NCBI GenBank assembly: GCA_046309355.1
Contig: JBKCPL010000027.1
Coordinates: 11,857 to 75,856, forward strand
Direction of reading: 5' to 3'
DNA length: 64,000 nucleotides
Source of the DNA: Bacteroidota bacterium
GTDB taxonomy: Bacteria > Bacteroidota > Bacteroidia > UKL13-3
Numbering within the stretch: position 1 is the first letter of the stretch; each line of letters opens with the position of its first letter. This document shows, one piece after another, positions 9,835 through 18,787 of this stretch. Below the pieces are notes generated by a model. That model was not told the origin of the DNA. It made no database searches and was given only the letters and a program-made list of their open reading frames with translations. Both the position numbers and the translations under genes were made by a program.

Positions 9835-10320
9835 ATGACACTTAAAAAAGGCGACAAAGCACCCTCATTTACCTTAGTAAACAGCGATAAAAAAAAGGTA
9901 TCATTAGAAGATTTTAAAGGAAAAAATCTGATAGTTCACTTCTTCCCTGCATCCTTTACAGGGGTATGCACCACACAGTTGTGCACTGTGCGCGATGCCA
10001 TTCATTTATACAGCAACGACAAAGCGGAAGTAGTTGCCATATCGGTTGATTTGCCTCATACGCTAGCTAAGTTTAAAGAAGACCAAAATCTAAACTTTCA
10101 ACTGCTTTCCGACTTCAACAAAGAAGCTATACGTGCCTATGGAACCATTTACGAGGAGTGGATTCTGGGACTAAAAGGCGTAGCTAAACGTTCAGCATTT
10201 GTCATTGATGGAGATGGTATTATTCAATATGCCGAAGTATTGGAAAATGCCGGAGAGTTGCCAAATTTCGAAGCCATCAACGAAACCCTAAAACAACTAG
10301 GCGTTTCGGCAAGTGCTTAA
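9835..10320 (+). CDS. Peroxiredoxin (AhpC/TSA family)
   Basis: FFPASFTGVC (PxxxTxxC), LLSDFN, conserved Arg in KRSAFVID. Confidence 0.9.
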   Translation: MTLKKGDKAPSFTLVNSDKKKVSLEDFKGKNLIVHFFPASFTGVCTTQLCTVRDAIHLYSNDKAEVVAISVDLPHTLAKFKEDQNLNFQLLSDFNKEAIRAYGTIYEEWILGLKGVAKRSAFVIDGDGIIQYAEVLENAGELPNFEAINETLKQLGVSASA

Positions 10321-10348
10321 TATCCGAAACGTGAAATGTATTTCAAAG

Positions 10349-10380
10349 AACCTTCGGAATTCAAAAGCCGAAGGTTTTTT
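10349..10380 (+). terminator. Intrinsic terminator after the peroxiredoxin gene
   Basis: AACCTTCGG...CCGAAGGTT stem followed by a T-tract. Confidence 0.8.
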
Positions 10381-10390
10381 ATTTTAACTC

Positions 10391-10420
10391 TTGCAATACA
10401 CGCATTTCAGCCTATATTTG
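10391..10420 (+). promoter_or_regulatory. sigma70 promoter of tRNA-Arg
   Basis: TTG at 10391 (-33-like) and TATATTTG at 10413-10420 (-7). Confidence 0.65.
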
Positions 10421-10439
10421 CTGCCCGTTCATCGGAATC

Positions 10440-10516
10440 GGTTTCGTAGCTCAACTGAATAGAGCATCTGACTACGGATCAGAAGGTTACAGGTTTGAAT
10501 CCTGTCGAGACCACCA
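10440..10516 (+). tRNA. tRNA-Arg(ACG)
   Basis: Cloverleaf: acceptor GGTTTCG/CGAGACC, D arm GCTC/GAGC, anticodon arm TCTGA-CTACGGA-TCAGA, T arm ACAGG-TTTGAAT-CCTGT, encoded CCA. Confidence 0.96.
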
Positions 10517-10518
10517 CT

Positions 10519-10542
10519 AAGCCACCACACGGTGGCTTTTTT
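10519..10542 (+). terminator. Intrinsic terminator after tRNA-Arg
   Basis: AAGCCACC-ACAC-GGTGGCTT followed by a T-tract. Confidence 0.85.
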
Positions 10543-10660
10543 ATTGCTTTCTCACACGGATTTATACTTTGGTTCGTAAAAAATGATGTTTATAAAATCA
10601 GTAGAAGGTTACCAATTGCAGCTATACATTTACCGCATTAACTAGTAAATTTCGTTTGCC

Positions 10661-11623
10661 ATGACAGATACACAAAAACCTATTGAATGCCTTATAATAG
10701 GCAGCGGTCCGGCCGGTTATACAGCTGCCATTTATGCTGCACGTGCCGATATGAAACCTATCATGTATGTAGGTATGCAACCCGGTGGCCAACTCACTAT
10801 TACCACCGATGTTGAAAACTACCCGGGCTATCCCGATGGAATTATGGGTCCTGAAATGATGGAACTGTTTCGCAAACAAGCTGAACGTTTTGGCACCGAC
10901 ATACGTTACGGTATGGTAACAGCTGTTGATTTCAGCGGCAAACCACCTTACAAAGTACAGATAGATGAAAAAGATGAACTCTATGCCGAAACCATAATCA
11001 TAGCTACAGGTGCAAGTGCCAAGTGGCTGGGCATTCCATCCGAAGAGAAGCTGAATGGCAAAGGAGTTTCGGCATGTGCCGTATGCGATGGTTTCTTTTT
11101 TCGCGGCAAAGATGTAGCCATTGTAGGTGCTGGAGATACTGCCTGTGAAGAAGCCAGCTACCTGGCTAAAATTTGCACCAAGGTATATATGCTTGTACGC
11201 AGAGATGAATTCAGAGCCTCAAAAGCCATGCAGCACCGTGTAATGAATACGCCCAATATTGAAGTGCTTTTTAACAGCGAAACCGATGAAATTTTAGGCG
11301 ACCAGAAAGTAGAAGGTGTGCGTGTAAAAAACAACAAAACAGGAGAAACCAAAGAATTAAGCATACAAGGATTTTTTGTTGCCATAGGCCATCAACCCAA
11401 TACAGGCATATTCAAAGATTTTATTTCGATGGACGAAACCGGATACATTATTACACAACCGGATTCAACTCGAACCAATATTGAAGGTGTATTTGCCTGT
11501 GGAGATGCACAGGATAAAGTATACCGACAAGCTGTAACGGCTGCCGGAACAGGCTGTATGGCTGCGCTAGATGCTGAACGATACCTGGCAGCCAAACACA
11601 GTGGCGAATCTTCACATGCATAA
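10661..11623 (+). CDS. trxB: Thioredoxin-disulfide reductase
   Basis: IIGSGPAG, GGQL, CAVCDG redox motif, GAGDTACEEA, RQAVTAAGTG. Confidence 0.97.
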   Translation: MTDTQKPIECLIIGSGPAGYTAAIYAARADMKPIMYVGMQPGGQLTITTDVENYPGYPDGIMGPEMMELFRKQAERFGTDIRYGMVTAVDFSGKPPYKVQIDEKDELYAETIIIATGASAKWLGIPSEEKLNGKGVSACAVCDGFFFRGKDVAIVGAGDTACEEASYLAKICTKVYMLVRRDEFRASKAMQHRVMNTPNIEVLFNSETDEILGDQKVEGVRVKNNKTGETKELSIQGFFVAIGHQPNTGIFKDFISMDETGYIITQPDSTRTNIEGVFACGDAQDKVYRQAVTAAGTGCMAALDAERYLAAKHSGESSHA

Positions 11624-11970
11624 TGGAAACCATGCTTCAATGGAATACCCTTAATGAAATAGGCCAGCTGGATTTGCTGGTTGACGAATCGTATCAAATT
11701 CCGGTAGTTATTTTCAAACACAGCACCCGATGCTCTATAAGCAGCGCAGCACTTGGCCGAATGCAACGCGGATGGACAGATCAACACATGAAGGCCAAAG
11801 CCTATTACCTTGATTTAATTGCACACAGAGACGTATCAAACCGCATTGCCTTACTGTTTGATGTTGAACACCAATCGCCACAGGTAATAGTAGTAAGAAA
11901 CAGCAAAGCAGTATATGATGCTTCGCACAGCATGATTCTGCCCGATGATTTAGTGCCTCATCTTAAGTAG
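11623..11970 (+). CDS. ytxJ: Bacillithiol system redox-active protein YtxJ (BrxC-like monothiol)
   Basis: FKHSTRCSIS and VEHQSPQ motifs; TAATG overlap with the trxB stop. Confidence 0.88.
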   Translation: METMLQWNTLNEIGQLDLLVDESYQIPVVIFKHSTRCSISSAALGRMQRGWTDQHMKAKAYYLDLIAHRDVSNRIALLFDVEHQSPQVIVVRNSKAVYDASHSMILPDDLVPHLK

Positions 11971-12178
11971 CATTGCATAACTGGAGTGCTTACGCACTCG
12001 TCTACATTGGTTGATAGTATTTAACTACATACGAGGTTATTCATTTGCATTTACGTAATGAATGCATCTTACCTATAATTTAGGTTTAGGCACAAAATTG
12101 TATATTTATGGTAAAAATAAACCGTCTCTTATATTTTTATACAAAATTGTAAACCTAAAAACTATGAATGTCTTTACT

Positions 12179-12197
12179 AAGTGTTATTTTTACACTT
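12179..12197. promoter_or_regulatory. Putative NrtR-family operator 1
   Basis: AAGTGT-TATTTTT-ACACTT, 25 nt upstream of the GH13 start; the same motif occurs in three other intergenic regions of the locus. Confidence 0.8.
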
Positions 12198-12222
12198 TAT
12201 ACCATAAACACTTTATACTTAA

Positions 12223-15015
12223 ATGAAATACTTCTTCATTGCACATTTTAGCCTGCTACTAGTTGCATTTTCTACACATGCACAACTCGTTACTATTGAC
12301 CCACCTTTTGCAGGTGCAAATGATAACAACGTAGTTATAACGTATGATGCTTCTCAGGGCAATGCCGGTTTGATTGGTCAAAGTACCATTTACGCACATA
12401 CAGGGGTTATTACTTCAGCTAGTACATCGGGCTCTGACTGGAGGTATGTAATTGCCAACTGGACAACTAACCTGCCTAAAGCATTGCTTACGCGTGTGGG
12501 CACCTCTAATTTATATACGTTATCTATCGGAAATATTCGTAGCTTTTATGGAATACCTTCCGGTGAAAGCGTACTTCGTCTAGCATTTGTTTTCCGTAAC
12601 GCAGATGGGTCAAAGACCGGCAAGACTACTTCAGGTGGCGATATATTTATTGATTTGAACCAGGGTAGCTATCAGGCCAGGTTGAACGCGCCTACTAAAG
12701 GTTCATTCTTTGCATTATCCGATAGCTTTACAGTTTCAGCAAGTGCTTCGGCACCATCTGTACTCACCCTTTATGCAAATGGCACTCAGGTAGCACAAGT
12801 AGGCAATACCACATCACTATCGTACAAAAATACACTAGTAGCGTTCGGCAACGACAGACTTAACCTGGTTTTAGAGGGTGATTTAAATGGCACTAAATCA
12901 TACGATTCGCTGTACATTATGCCTAGGCTTACACCACCCACAGCGGCATCGCCTACCGGTATAATAGACGGTATTAATTATATCAACGATTCAACTGTAA
13001 CGCTTCAACTCTTTGCACCGTCCAAGAACTTTGTGTATGTGGTAGGTGATTTTAATAATTGGGAGCTAAGTAAAGCATACTTAATGAACCGCACACCGGA
13101 CAATAACCGATACTGGCTTACCATCACAGGTTTGAAAAAAGGTATTGAATACGGTTTTCAGTATAGCATAGACGATGGGCAGATGAAAGTTGCCGATGTG
13201 TATGCCGAAAAATACCTTGACCCATGGAATGACCCCTGGATTAGCCCTGAAACCTACCCTAACTTAAAGGCATATCCTACCGGAAAAACTACCGAAATAG
13301 TATCGGTAATGCAAATAGGCCAACCGGGTTATACATGGAAAACAACCAACTTTAAGAAACCTACCAAAGATGAACTGGTTATTTATGAGTTGCTGGTAAG
13401 GGATTTCATAGGTAAGCACGATTTTAAAACATTAAAAGATACTATCAGCTACTTTAAAAGACTAGGTGTGAATTGCTTAAAAATCATGCCCATCATGGAA
13501 TTTGAAGGAAATGAGAGCTGGGGTTACAATCCCATGTTTTATTTCGCAATTGACAAATATTACGGTACTAAAAACGATTTTAAGGCATTTGTCGATGAGT
13601 GCCATACCAACGGAATAGCTGTAGTGCTAGACGTGGTTCTGAACCATTCATTCGGACAGAATCCTCAGGTACGTATGTATTTTAATCCTTCAGCAGGTCA
13701 GTATGGGCAACCAACCCCTCAGAATCCGTGGTTTAACGAGGTAGATAAACATCCTTACGGTGTGGGTTACGACTACAATCATGAAGCACAAAGTGTGCGT
13801 GAGTTCACTGATAGGGTGCTTAAGTTCTGGCTAACGGAATACCAAATTGACGGCTATCGATTTGACCTTTCTAAAGGATTTACTCAAAAAAATACGTTGG
13901 GCGATGTTGGGGCCTGGAGTGCATACGATCAGTCGCGTATAAATATTTGGAACAGGATTCGAAATGAAATTATCGCGTATGCTCCGGATGCCTATTTGAT
14001 ACTGGAACATTTAGGCGATAATTCAGAAGAAACGGTATTAGCTAACATGGGCTTTATGCTATGGGGAAAACTTACCGAAGCATATGCAGAAGCCGTTATG
14101 GGTTACAACAATTCGAAAGCCAATCTTAGCTGGGGCAACTACAAAAGCAGAGGATGGAACTCACCTAACTTGGTAACCTATGCCGAAAGCCACGATGAAG
14201 AACGCGTGATGTTCTTTGCACTTAGCTACGGAAATGCAAGCGGTTCCTACAATGTAAAAAACTTAAATACATCCCTTAAACGGGTTGCTGCTTACCATGC
14301 ATTGCTCTTGCCTTTAAGAGGTCCGAAAATGATGTGGCAAGGCGGAGAGTTGGGATATGAGGTATCTATCAACACCAATGGACGCACGGGCAATAAGCCG
14401 TTTCGCTGGGAATACCTAAATGTACCGGAACGTGTAGCAGTTTTAAATCAGGTAGGTAAGTTGGCACGCTTAAAACAGCATGTGTCCTTTTCATCCGATT
14501 CGTACACATACGATGTTGCTGCAACGGGTAAAATACTAAAAGTAAATCATGACAGTATGAATACCGTCATAGCCGGTAATTTTGATGTGGTTGCCTTGAA
14601 TTTGAAACCCGGTTTCCAACACACAGGCTGGTGGTACAACTATATCACAGGCGATTCTATTCAAGTGACTGATGTAACGCAAACTATTTCGCTTCAGCCG
14701 GGAGATTATGTAGTCTTTACCGACAAAAATCTGAATCCATATGTTAGTCCAACCGTTGGATATTCTGAACTGAACAGTAGCTATACAACACACATTTTCC
14801 CTAACCCTGCTCATAACTCCGTTTTTATTCAGTCGGTGAAAAATCCCATCAAACATATTGAGGTAATTGACTACACCGGTAAAGGCATCCTGCAACTCGA
14901 TGTGAACAGTGCAGAAGTGGAGTTATATACAAGCGAATGGCCTGCAGGAATCTATATGGTTAGGTTAACAACCGGACAATCTACAGAAGTAAAAAAGATC
15001 ATTATTACGCATTGA
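12223..15015 (+). CDS. Secreted multidomain GH13 alpha-amylase (N-terminal putative CBM, CBM48-like domain, GH13, T9SS CTD)
   Basis: Signal peptide; VYVVGDFNNW (CBM48-like); SWGYNP; catalytic GYRFDLSKG, ILEHL and ESHDEER; C-terminal IFPNPA...GIYMVRL...KKIII sorting domain. Confidence 0.92.
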   Translation: MKYFFIAHFSLLLVAFSTHAQLVTIDPPFAGANDNNVVITYDASQGNAGLIGQSTIYAHTGVITSASTSGSDWRYVIANWTTNLPKALLTRVGTSNLYTLSIGNIRSFYGIPSGESVLRLAFVFRNADGSKTGKTTSGGDIFIDLNQGSYQARLNAPTKGSFFALSDSFTVSASASAPSVLTLYANGTQVAQVGNTTSLSYKNTLVAFGNDRLNLVLEGDLNGTKSYDSLYIMPRLTPPTAASPTGIIDGINYINDSTVTLQLFAPSKNFVYVVGDFNNWELSKAYLMNRTPDNNRYWLTITGLKKGIEYGFQYSIDDGQMKVADVYAEKYLDPWNDPWISPETYPNLKAYPTGKTTEIVSVMQIGQPGYTWKTTNFKKPTKDELVIYELLVRDFIGKHDFKTLKDTISYFKRLGVNCLKIMPIMEFEGNESWGYNPMFYFAIDKYYGTKNDFKAFVDECHTNGIAVVLDVVLNHSFGQNPQVRMYFNPSAGQYGQPTPQNPWFNEVDKHPYGVGYDYNHEAQSVREFTDRVLKFWLTEYQIDGYRFDLSKGFTQKNTLGDVGAWSAYDQSRINIWNRIRNEIIAYAPDAYLILEHLGDNSEETVLANMGFMLWGKLTEAYAEAVMGYNNSKANLSWGNYKSRGWNSPNLVTYAESHDEERVMFFALSYGNASGSYNVKNLNTSLKRVAAYHALLLPLRGPKMMWQGGELGYEVSINTNGRTGNKPFRWEYLNVPERVAVLNQVGKLARLKQHVSFSSDSYTYDVAATGKILKVNHDSMNTVIAGNFDVVALNLKPGFQHTGWWYNYITGDSIQVTDVTQTISLQPGDYVVFTDKNLNPYVSPTVGYSELNSSYTTHIFPNPAHNSVFIQSVKNPIKHIEVIDYTGKGILQLDVNSAEVELYTSEWPAGIYMVRLTTGQSTEVKKIIITH

Positions 15016-15097
15016 TTTAATAATGCTGATTGGGTTCGTAAAATACTTGCAGCGCAGAGTAGTCATACACTACTTTGCAGAAAAGTTATCTAAACAA

Positions 15098-16558
15098 TCA
15101 ATTTAGCTTTAAGATAAGAACACCACCTGTTGATAGGGTAACTCCCCTACCTGATGTTTTTGCATTTTGCTGGTAAACCACTGAATGTTTGAGGGGCAAA
15201 TAAAGCTGTGCCTCACCGGCATCCAGACGATGAATAATTAGGTATTTGTTCTGAAGGTGATGCAATTCGTAAGCATAACAGCCCTCATACGTCTTATCGG
15301 TTTTTGCAAGTTTACCCAGTGACAAAAAGGGCATTTCATTGCGCAGTTTTATCCATTTTTTATAATACGTATATAAACTTTGCTCATTGGACATCTGCAG
15401 GTCTAGCGGTACAACAGTAGTAGTTGTTGTGTACTGTGGTTTTTCCCATGTTGTAGTATAAGAGCTTTGGCGGCTCCACAAAAACGGCTCACGCCTAAGT
15501 TCATCAGGGAATTTGCCGAGCATACCAATTTCTTCGCCATAATACAAAAACGGTATACCGGGCAAAGTAAACAATATAGCGACTGCCTGTTTCACTCGCA
15601 CCATATCCTGATTCAATATGGACACATACCTGTCTTGATCATGATTCGTTATGAAAATAGCATCTGTGTACGATGAATTGTAAGAACTGTAAAGTGCATG
15701 CATAGCGATTAATTTATCAATAAAGTCATCAGCCTTTGAAGTGCTAACAGCACGTAAAATGGCCGAAGACAAATCAAAGTTAAAGCAGGCATCCATTCCA
15801 TCCTTTAAGTACGCAGCTACTAAACTATCCTTATTCCAAACTTCACCAATGATGTAAGCCTCCGGATTTATCTTCTTAACATGCTTATGAAACGTAGTCC
15901 ACCAGCGCATATTTTTCTCCGGTTCGTGGGGCTCGTAAATATGTTGTGCAGCATCCAACCTGAAACCATCAACACCCGCAGCTAACCAAAAAGAAGCAAT
16001 CTTTAGTACTTCCTGTTCAACTTCAGGATTATCAAAATTGAGGTCGGGCATTTGCTCCCAGAAAAAGCCATAATACTTTTGCTGAGGATTTTTTAAGTTG
16101 TTATACCAACCTTTTGTCTTAGCGGTATCGCTCCATACATAGTAATCGACAAAAGGCGCTTTGCCTTCACAGGCACTTAAAAACCATGGGTGACGGCTGC
16201 TAGTATGATTTACTACCAAATCCATTACCACTTTAATATTGCGTATGTGTGCCTGAGCAAGAAGTTCTTTAAAATCATCCATCGTGCCGTATTCAGGATC
16301 GATGGAGTAGTAATCCATTACATCGTATTTATGGTATGTAGGTGAAAGATGAAAAGGAGTAAGCCATAGCCCTCCAATACCGAGTTGTTGTAAATAATCC
16401 AATTTTTGTGTTATCCCTTTTAAGTCGCCTATCCCATCACCGTTTCCATCGGCAAACGAGCGAATAAATATTTCATAAAATACTGGCGTTGGTTTTTTAG
16501 CTTGTGCAAACACATTCACACTGCACAAAACGAGCATAGATAATAGTACTTTTTTCAT
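15098..16558 (-). CDS. GH13 alpha-amylase/alpha-glucosidase, probably periplasmic
   Basis: SPI signal (VFA-Q); FADGNGDGIGDLKG, YHKYDV, DLVVNH, MPDLN, GFRLDA, GEVW, NHDQDR, YYGEEIG. Confidence 0.92.
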   Translation of the reverse strand: MKKVLLSMLVLCSVNVFAQAKKPTPVFYEIFIRSFADGNGDGIGDLKGITQKLDYLQQLGIGGLWLTPFHLSPTYHKYDVMDYYSIDPEYGTMDDFKELLAQAHIRNIKVVMDLVVNHTSSRHPWFLSACEGKAPFVDYYVWSDTAKTKGWYNNLKNPQQKYYGFFWEQMPDLNFDNPEVEQEVLKIASFWLAAGVDGFRLDAAQHIYEPHEPEKNMRWWTTFHKHVKKINPEAYIIGEVWNKDSLVAAYLKDGMDACFNFDLSSAILRAVSTSKADDFIDKLIAMHALYSSYNSSYTDAIFITNHDQDRYVSILNQDMVRVKQAVAILFTLPGIPFLYYGEEIGMLGKFPDELRREPFLWSRQSSYTTTWEKPQYTTTTTVVPLDLQMSNEQSLYTYYKKWIKLRNEMPFLSLGKLAKTDKTYEGCYAYELHHLQNKYLIIHRLDAGEAQLYLPLKHSVVYQQNAKTSGRGVTLSTGGVLILKLN

Positions 16559-16584
16559 CGAGATTATTTGTAATTATACAATAT

Positions 16585-16603
16585 TAGTGTATTTTGTACA
16601 CCT
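16585..16603. promoter_or_regulatory. Putative NrtR-family operator 2, between divergent GH13 and MFS genes
   Basis: TAGTGT-ATTTTGT-ACACCT in a 65-bp divergent intergenic region. Confidence 0.75.
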
Positions 16604-16623
16604 AATAGCAATTAATCTAACCT

Positions 16624-17874
16624 ATGGCATTAACTACCTCTACCCTGAAAGAACCCTCTGTGCATGAAGACAAACCTGTTTCGAATGCAGGCATTGCTTT
16701 GGCCTCTCTCATGACGTTGTTTTTTATGATGGGGTTTATCACCTGTCTGAACGACATACTTATACCATACATGAAAGCGATATTCCAGCTTAATTATGCT
16801 CAGGCTAATTTTATTAACCTGTGTTTTTTTGGTGCGTATTTTTTTATGTCTATCCCATCGGGAATGCTCATTAATCGTATTGGGTATAAAAAAAGTATGA
16901 TAGCAGGATTTATAATTGCCGCTATAGGTTGTTTTTTATTTTATCCGGCTGCAGGCAGTAAAATTTACGGGCTGTTTCTGGCAGCACTATTTATTCTGGC
17001 ATCCGGCATCACTTTGCTTCAGGTAGCGGGCAATCCGTATGTTGCCGCACTGGGTCCATCATCTTCTTCATCTGCTCGTCTTACATTAACCCAGGCATTT
17101 AATTCAGTTGGCACCACCATCGCACCGTATTTTGGCAGTATGCTTATACTTTCCGGATTGCCAAAAGACGTTTCGATTATTGAAAACATTGACGTAAGTG
17201 CAGTGCAAAAACCGTATATATGGATTGGTCTTTTGCTGGTTGCGATTGCCGCAGTTCTGGTGCTGCTAAAGTTACCCGCTATTGAGCACGGAGGGAAACA
17301 GCAAAACACCAGTGCAAAAAAAGCATGGCAATACCCGCATTTGGTACTAGGAGCTGTTGGTATTTTTTGTTACGTGGGTGCTGAAGTAGCCATTGGAAGC
17401 CACATTGTAAGTTACCTGCAATTACCTGATGTAATGGGTATGCAAGCTGATGAGGCGGGAAAATACGTATCCTACTACTGGGGCGGTGCCATGATTGGTC
17501 GATTCATTGGCAGCTGGATTCTCAGTAAATTCAAGCCTGGAAATGTACTGGCGTTTAATGCTTTGATGGCTTTTGTATTGGTTATGATTTCTATTTTAAG
17601 CGGTGGGGCAACGGCTATGTGGAGCTTGCTTGCGGTGGGTTTATTTAACTCCCTGATGTTTGCCACTATTTTCACATTGGCTGTAGAAGGTTTGGGAGCA
17701 CAAACTGATGAAGGATCAGGCATTTTATGTACAGCTATAGTGGGTGGAGCACTTATACCCTTTTTATATGGAATAACCGGTGATATTTTTAGCTTAAAAA
17801 CAGCATATTTGCTACCGGCATTATGCTATATATACATTATTTATTACGGATTAAAAGGCTATAAACACTCATGA
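16624..17874 (+). CDS. Glucose/galactose MFS transporter (FucP/GluP family)
   Basis: LFFMMGFITCLNDILIP, LQVAGNPY, YVGAEV and YWGGAMIGRF motifs; about 12 TM segments. Confidence 0.92.
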   Translation: MALTTSTLKEPSVHEDKPVSNAGIALASLMTLFFMMGFITCLNDILIPYMKAIFQLNYAQANFINLCFFGAYFFMSIPSGMLINRIGYKKSMIAGFIIAAIGCFLFYPAAGSKIYGLFLAALFILASGITLLQVAGNPYVAALGPSSSSSARLTLTQAFNSVGTTIAPYFGSMLILSGLPKDVSIIENIDVSAVQKPYIWIGLLLVAIAAVLVLLKLPAIEHGGKQQNTSAKKAWQYPHLVLGAVGIFCYVGAEVAIGSHIVSYLQLPDVMGMQADEAGKYVSYYWGGAMIGRFIGSWILSKFKPGNVLAFNALMAFVLVMISILSGGATAMWSLLAVGLFNSLMFATIFTLAVEGLGAQTDEGSGILCTAIVGGALIPFLYGITGDIFSLKTAYLLPALCYIYIIYYGLKGYKHS

Positions 17875-18743
17875 TACTCATTGCAGACAGCGGATCTACC
17901 AAAACAGACTGGGCGCTCACACATCCTGAAAAGGGACTGGTCAGAATTTATCACACCATTGGTTACAATCCGTATTTTATTGATTCTGAATCCATCTTTT
18001 ATTCCTTATCCGAAAATCTGGTAAAGGACTTTGATGCGTCTAGCGTAACCGAGGTACATTTCTACGGTGCTGGCTGTTCGACACCTGAAAAAAAAGAAAT
18101 TGTTAAGAAAGCGTTGGTTAGAATATTCGCCAATGCTGAATCGATATTTGTTGGCCATGATCTGCTGGGATCAGCAAGAGCTTTACTGGGAAATACTGAG
18201 GGTTTTGCAGCCATATTGGGAACGGGTGCAAACACCTGCCTGTACAATGGTGAAGAGTGCGTACTAAATATAGATTCATTGGGCTATCTGCTGGGTGATG
18301 AAGGCAGCGGCAGTTACATCGGAAAGAAAATTATACGTGATTTTATGCGCAAACGCCTTGAGCCCGAATTACACCAACGTTTTAAAGAGCGCTTTCAGAT
18401 TGAAAGCAACGAACAAATATTCCATACACTTTACACCACCCAATTTCCTAACCGATACCTGGCGAGCTTTTGCAAATTTGCCGATGAGTATTTAACACAT
18501 CCGTATATTAAAAATAAGGTGCGTGATTCATTTAGAGATTTCTTTAAAAACCTGGTGAGCAAGTATCCCGACTACAAAAAATACAGCTTTAATTGCGTGG
18601 GCTCTGTTGGCTATGTTTTCAGAGAAATACTGGAGGAAGTAGCCGTAAGCTACGATATGAAAATGGGCAGGGTTATTCAATCACCGCTTGACGACCTGGT
18701 GAAATTTCACCTGCAACAGGTAAAAGCCAAAACAACGGCTTAA
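17871..18743 (+). CDS. BadF/BadG/BcrA/BcrD-type sugar kinase (GlcNAc-kinase-like; probable glucokinase)
   Basis: IADSGSTKTDW, FYGAGC, ILGTG and LGDEGSG ASKHA motifs; ATGA overlap with the MFS gene. Confidence 0.85.
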   Translation: MILIADSGSTKTDWALTHPEKGLVRIYHTIGYNPYFIDSESIFYSLSENLVKDFDASSVTEVHFYGAGCSTPEKKEIVKKALVRIFANAESIFVGHDLLGSARALLGNTEGFAAILGTGANTCLYNGEECVLNIDSLGYLLGDEGSGSYIGKKIIRDFMRKRLEPELHQRFKERFQIESNEQIFHTLYTTQFPNRYLASFCKFADEYLTHPYIKNKVRDSFRDFFKNLVSKYPDYKKYSFNCVGSVGYVFREILEEVAVSYDMKMGRVIQSPLDDLVKFHLQQVKAKTTA

Positions 18744-18787
18744 CTTAAAGCCACAAATAATTTACTAACGTCCGCAGGTTGTGGCTG

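Noticed and set aside
10488-10505. T-loop TTTGAAT instead of TTCGAAT suggesting a pseudo-tRNA
   Set aside because: All stems pair, and promoter, CCA and terminator are intact; best read as a tolerated variant.
10440-12222. tRNA-Arg as an integration site for the downstream PUL
   Set aside because: No integrase, no repeat of the tRNA 3' end noticed, and the housekeeping genes trxB-ytxJ follow directly.
15054-15078. Hairpin GCAGAGTAGT/ACTACTTTGC between the convergent GH13 genes
   Set aside because: Plausible 3'-end structure but no clear U-tract on either strand; not called as a terminator.
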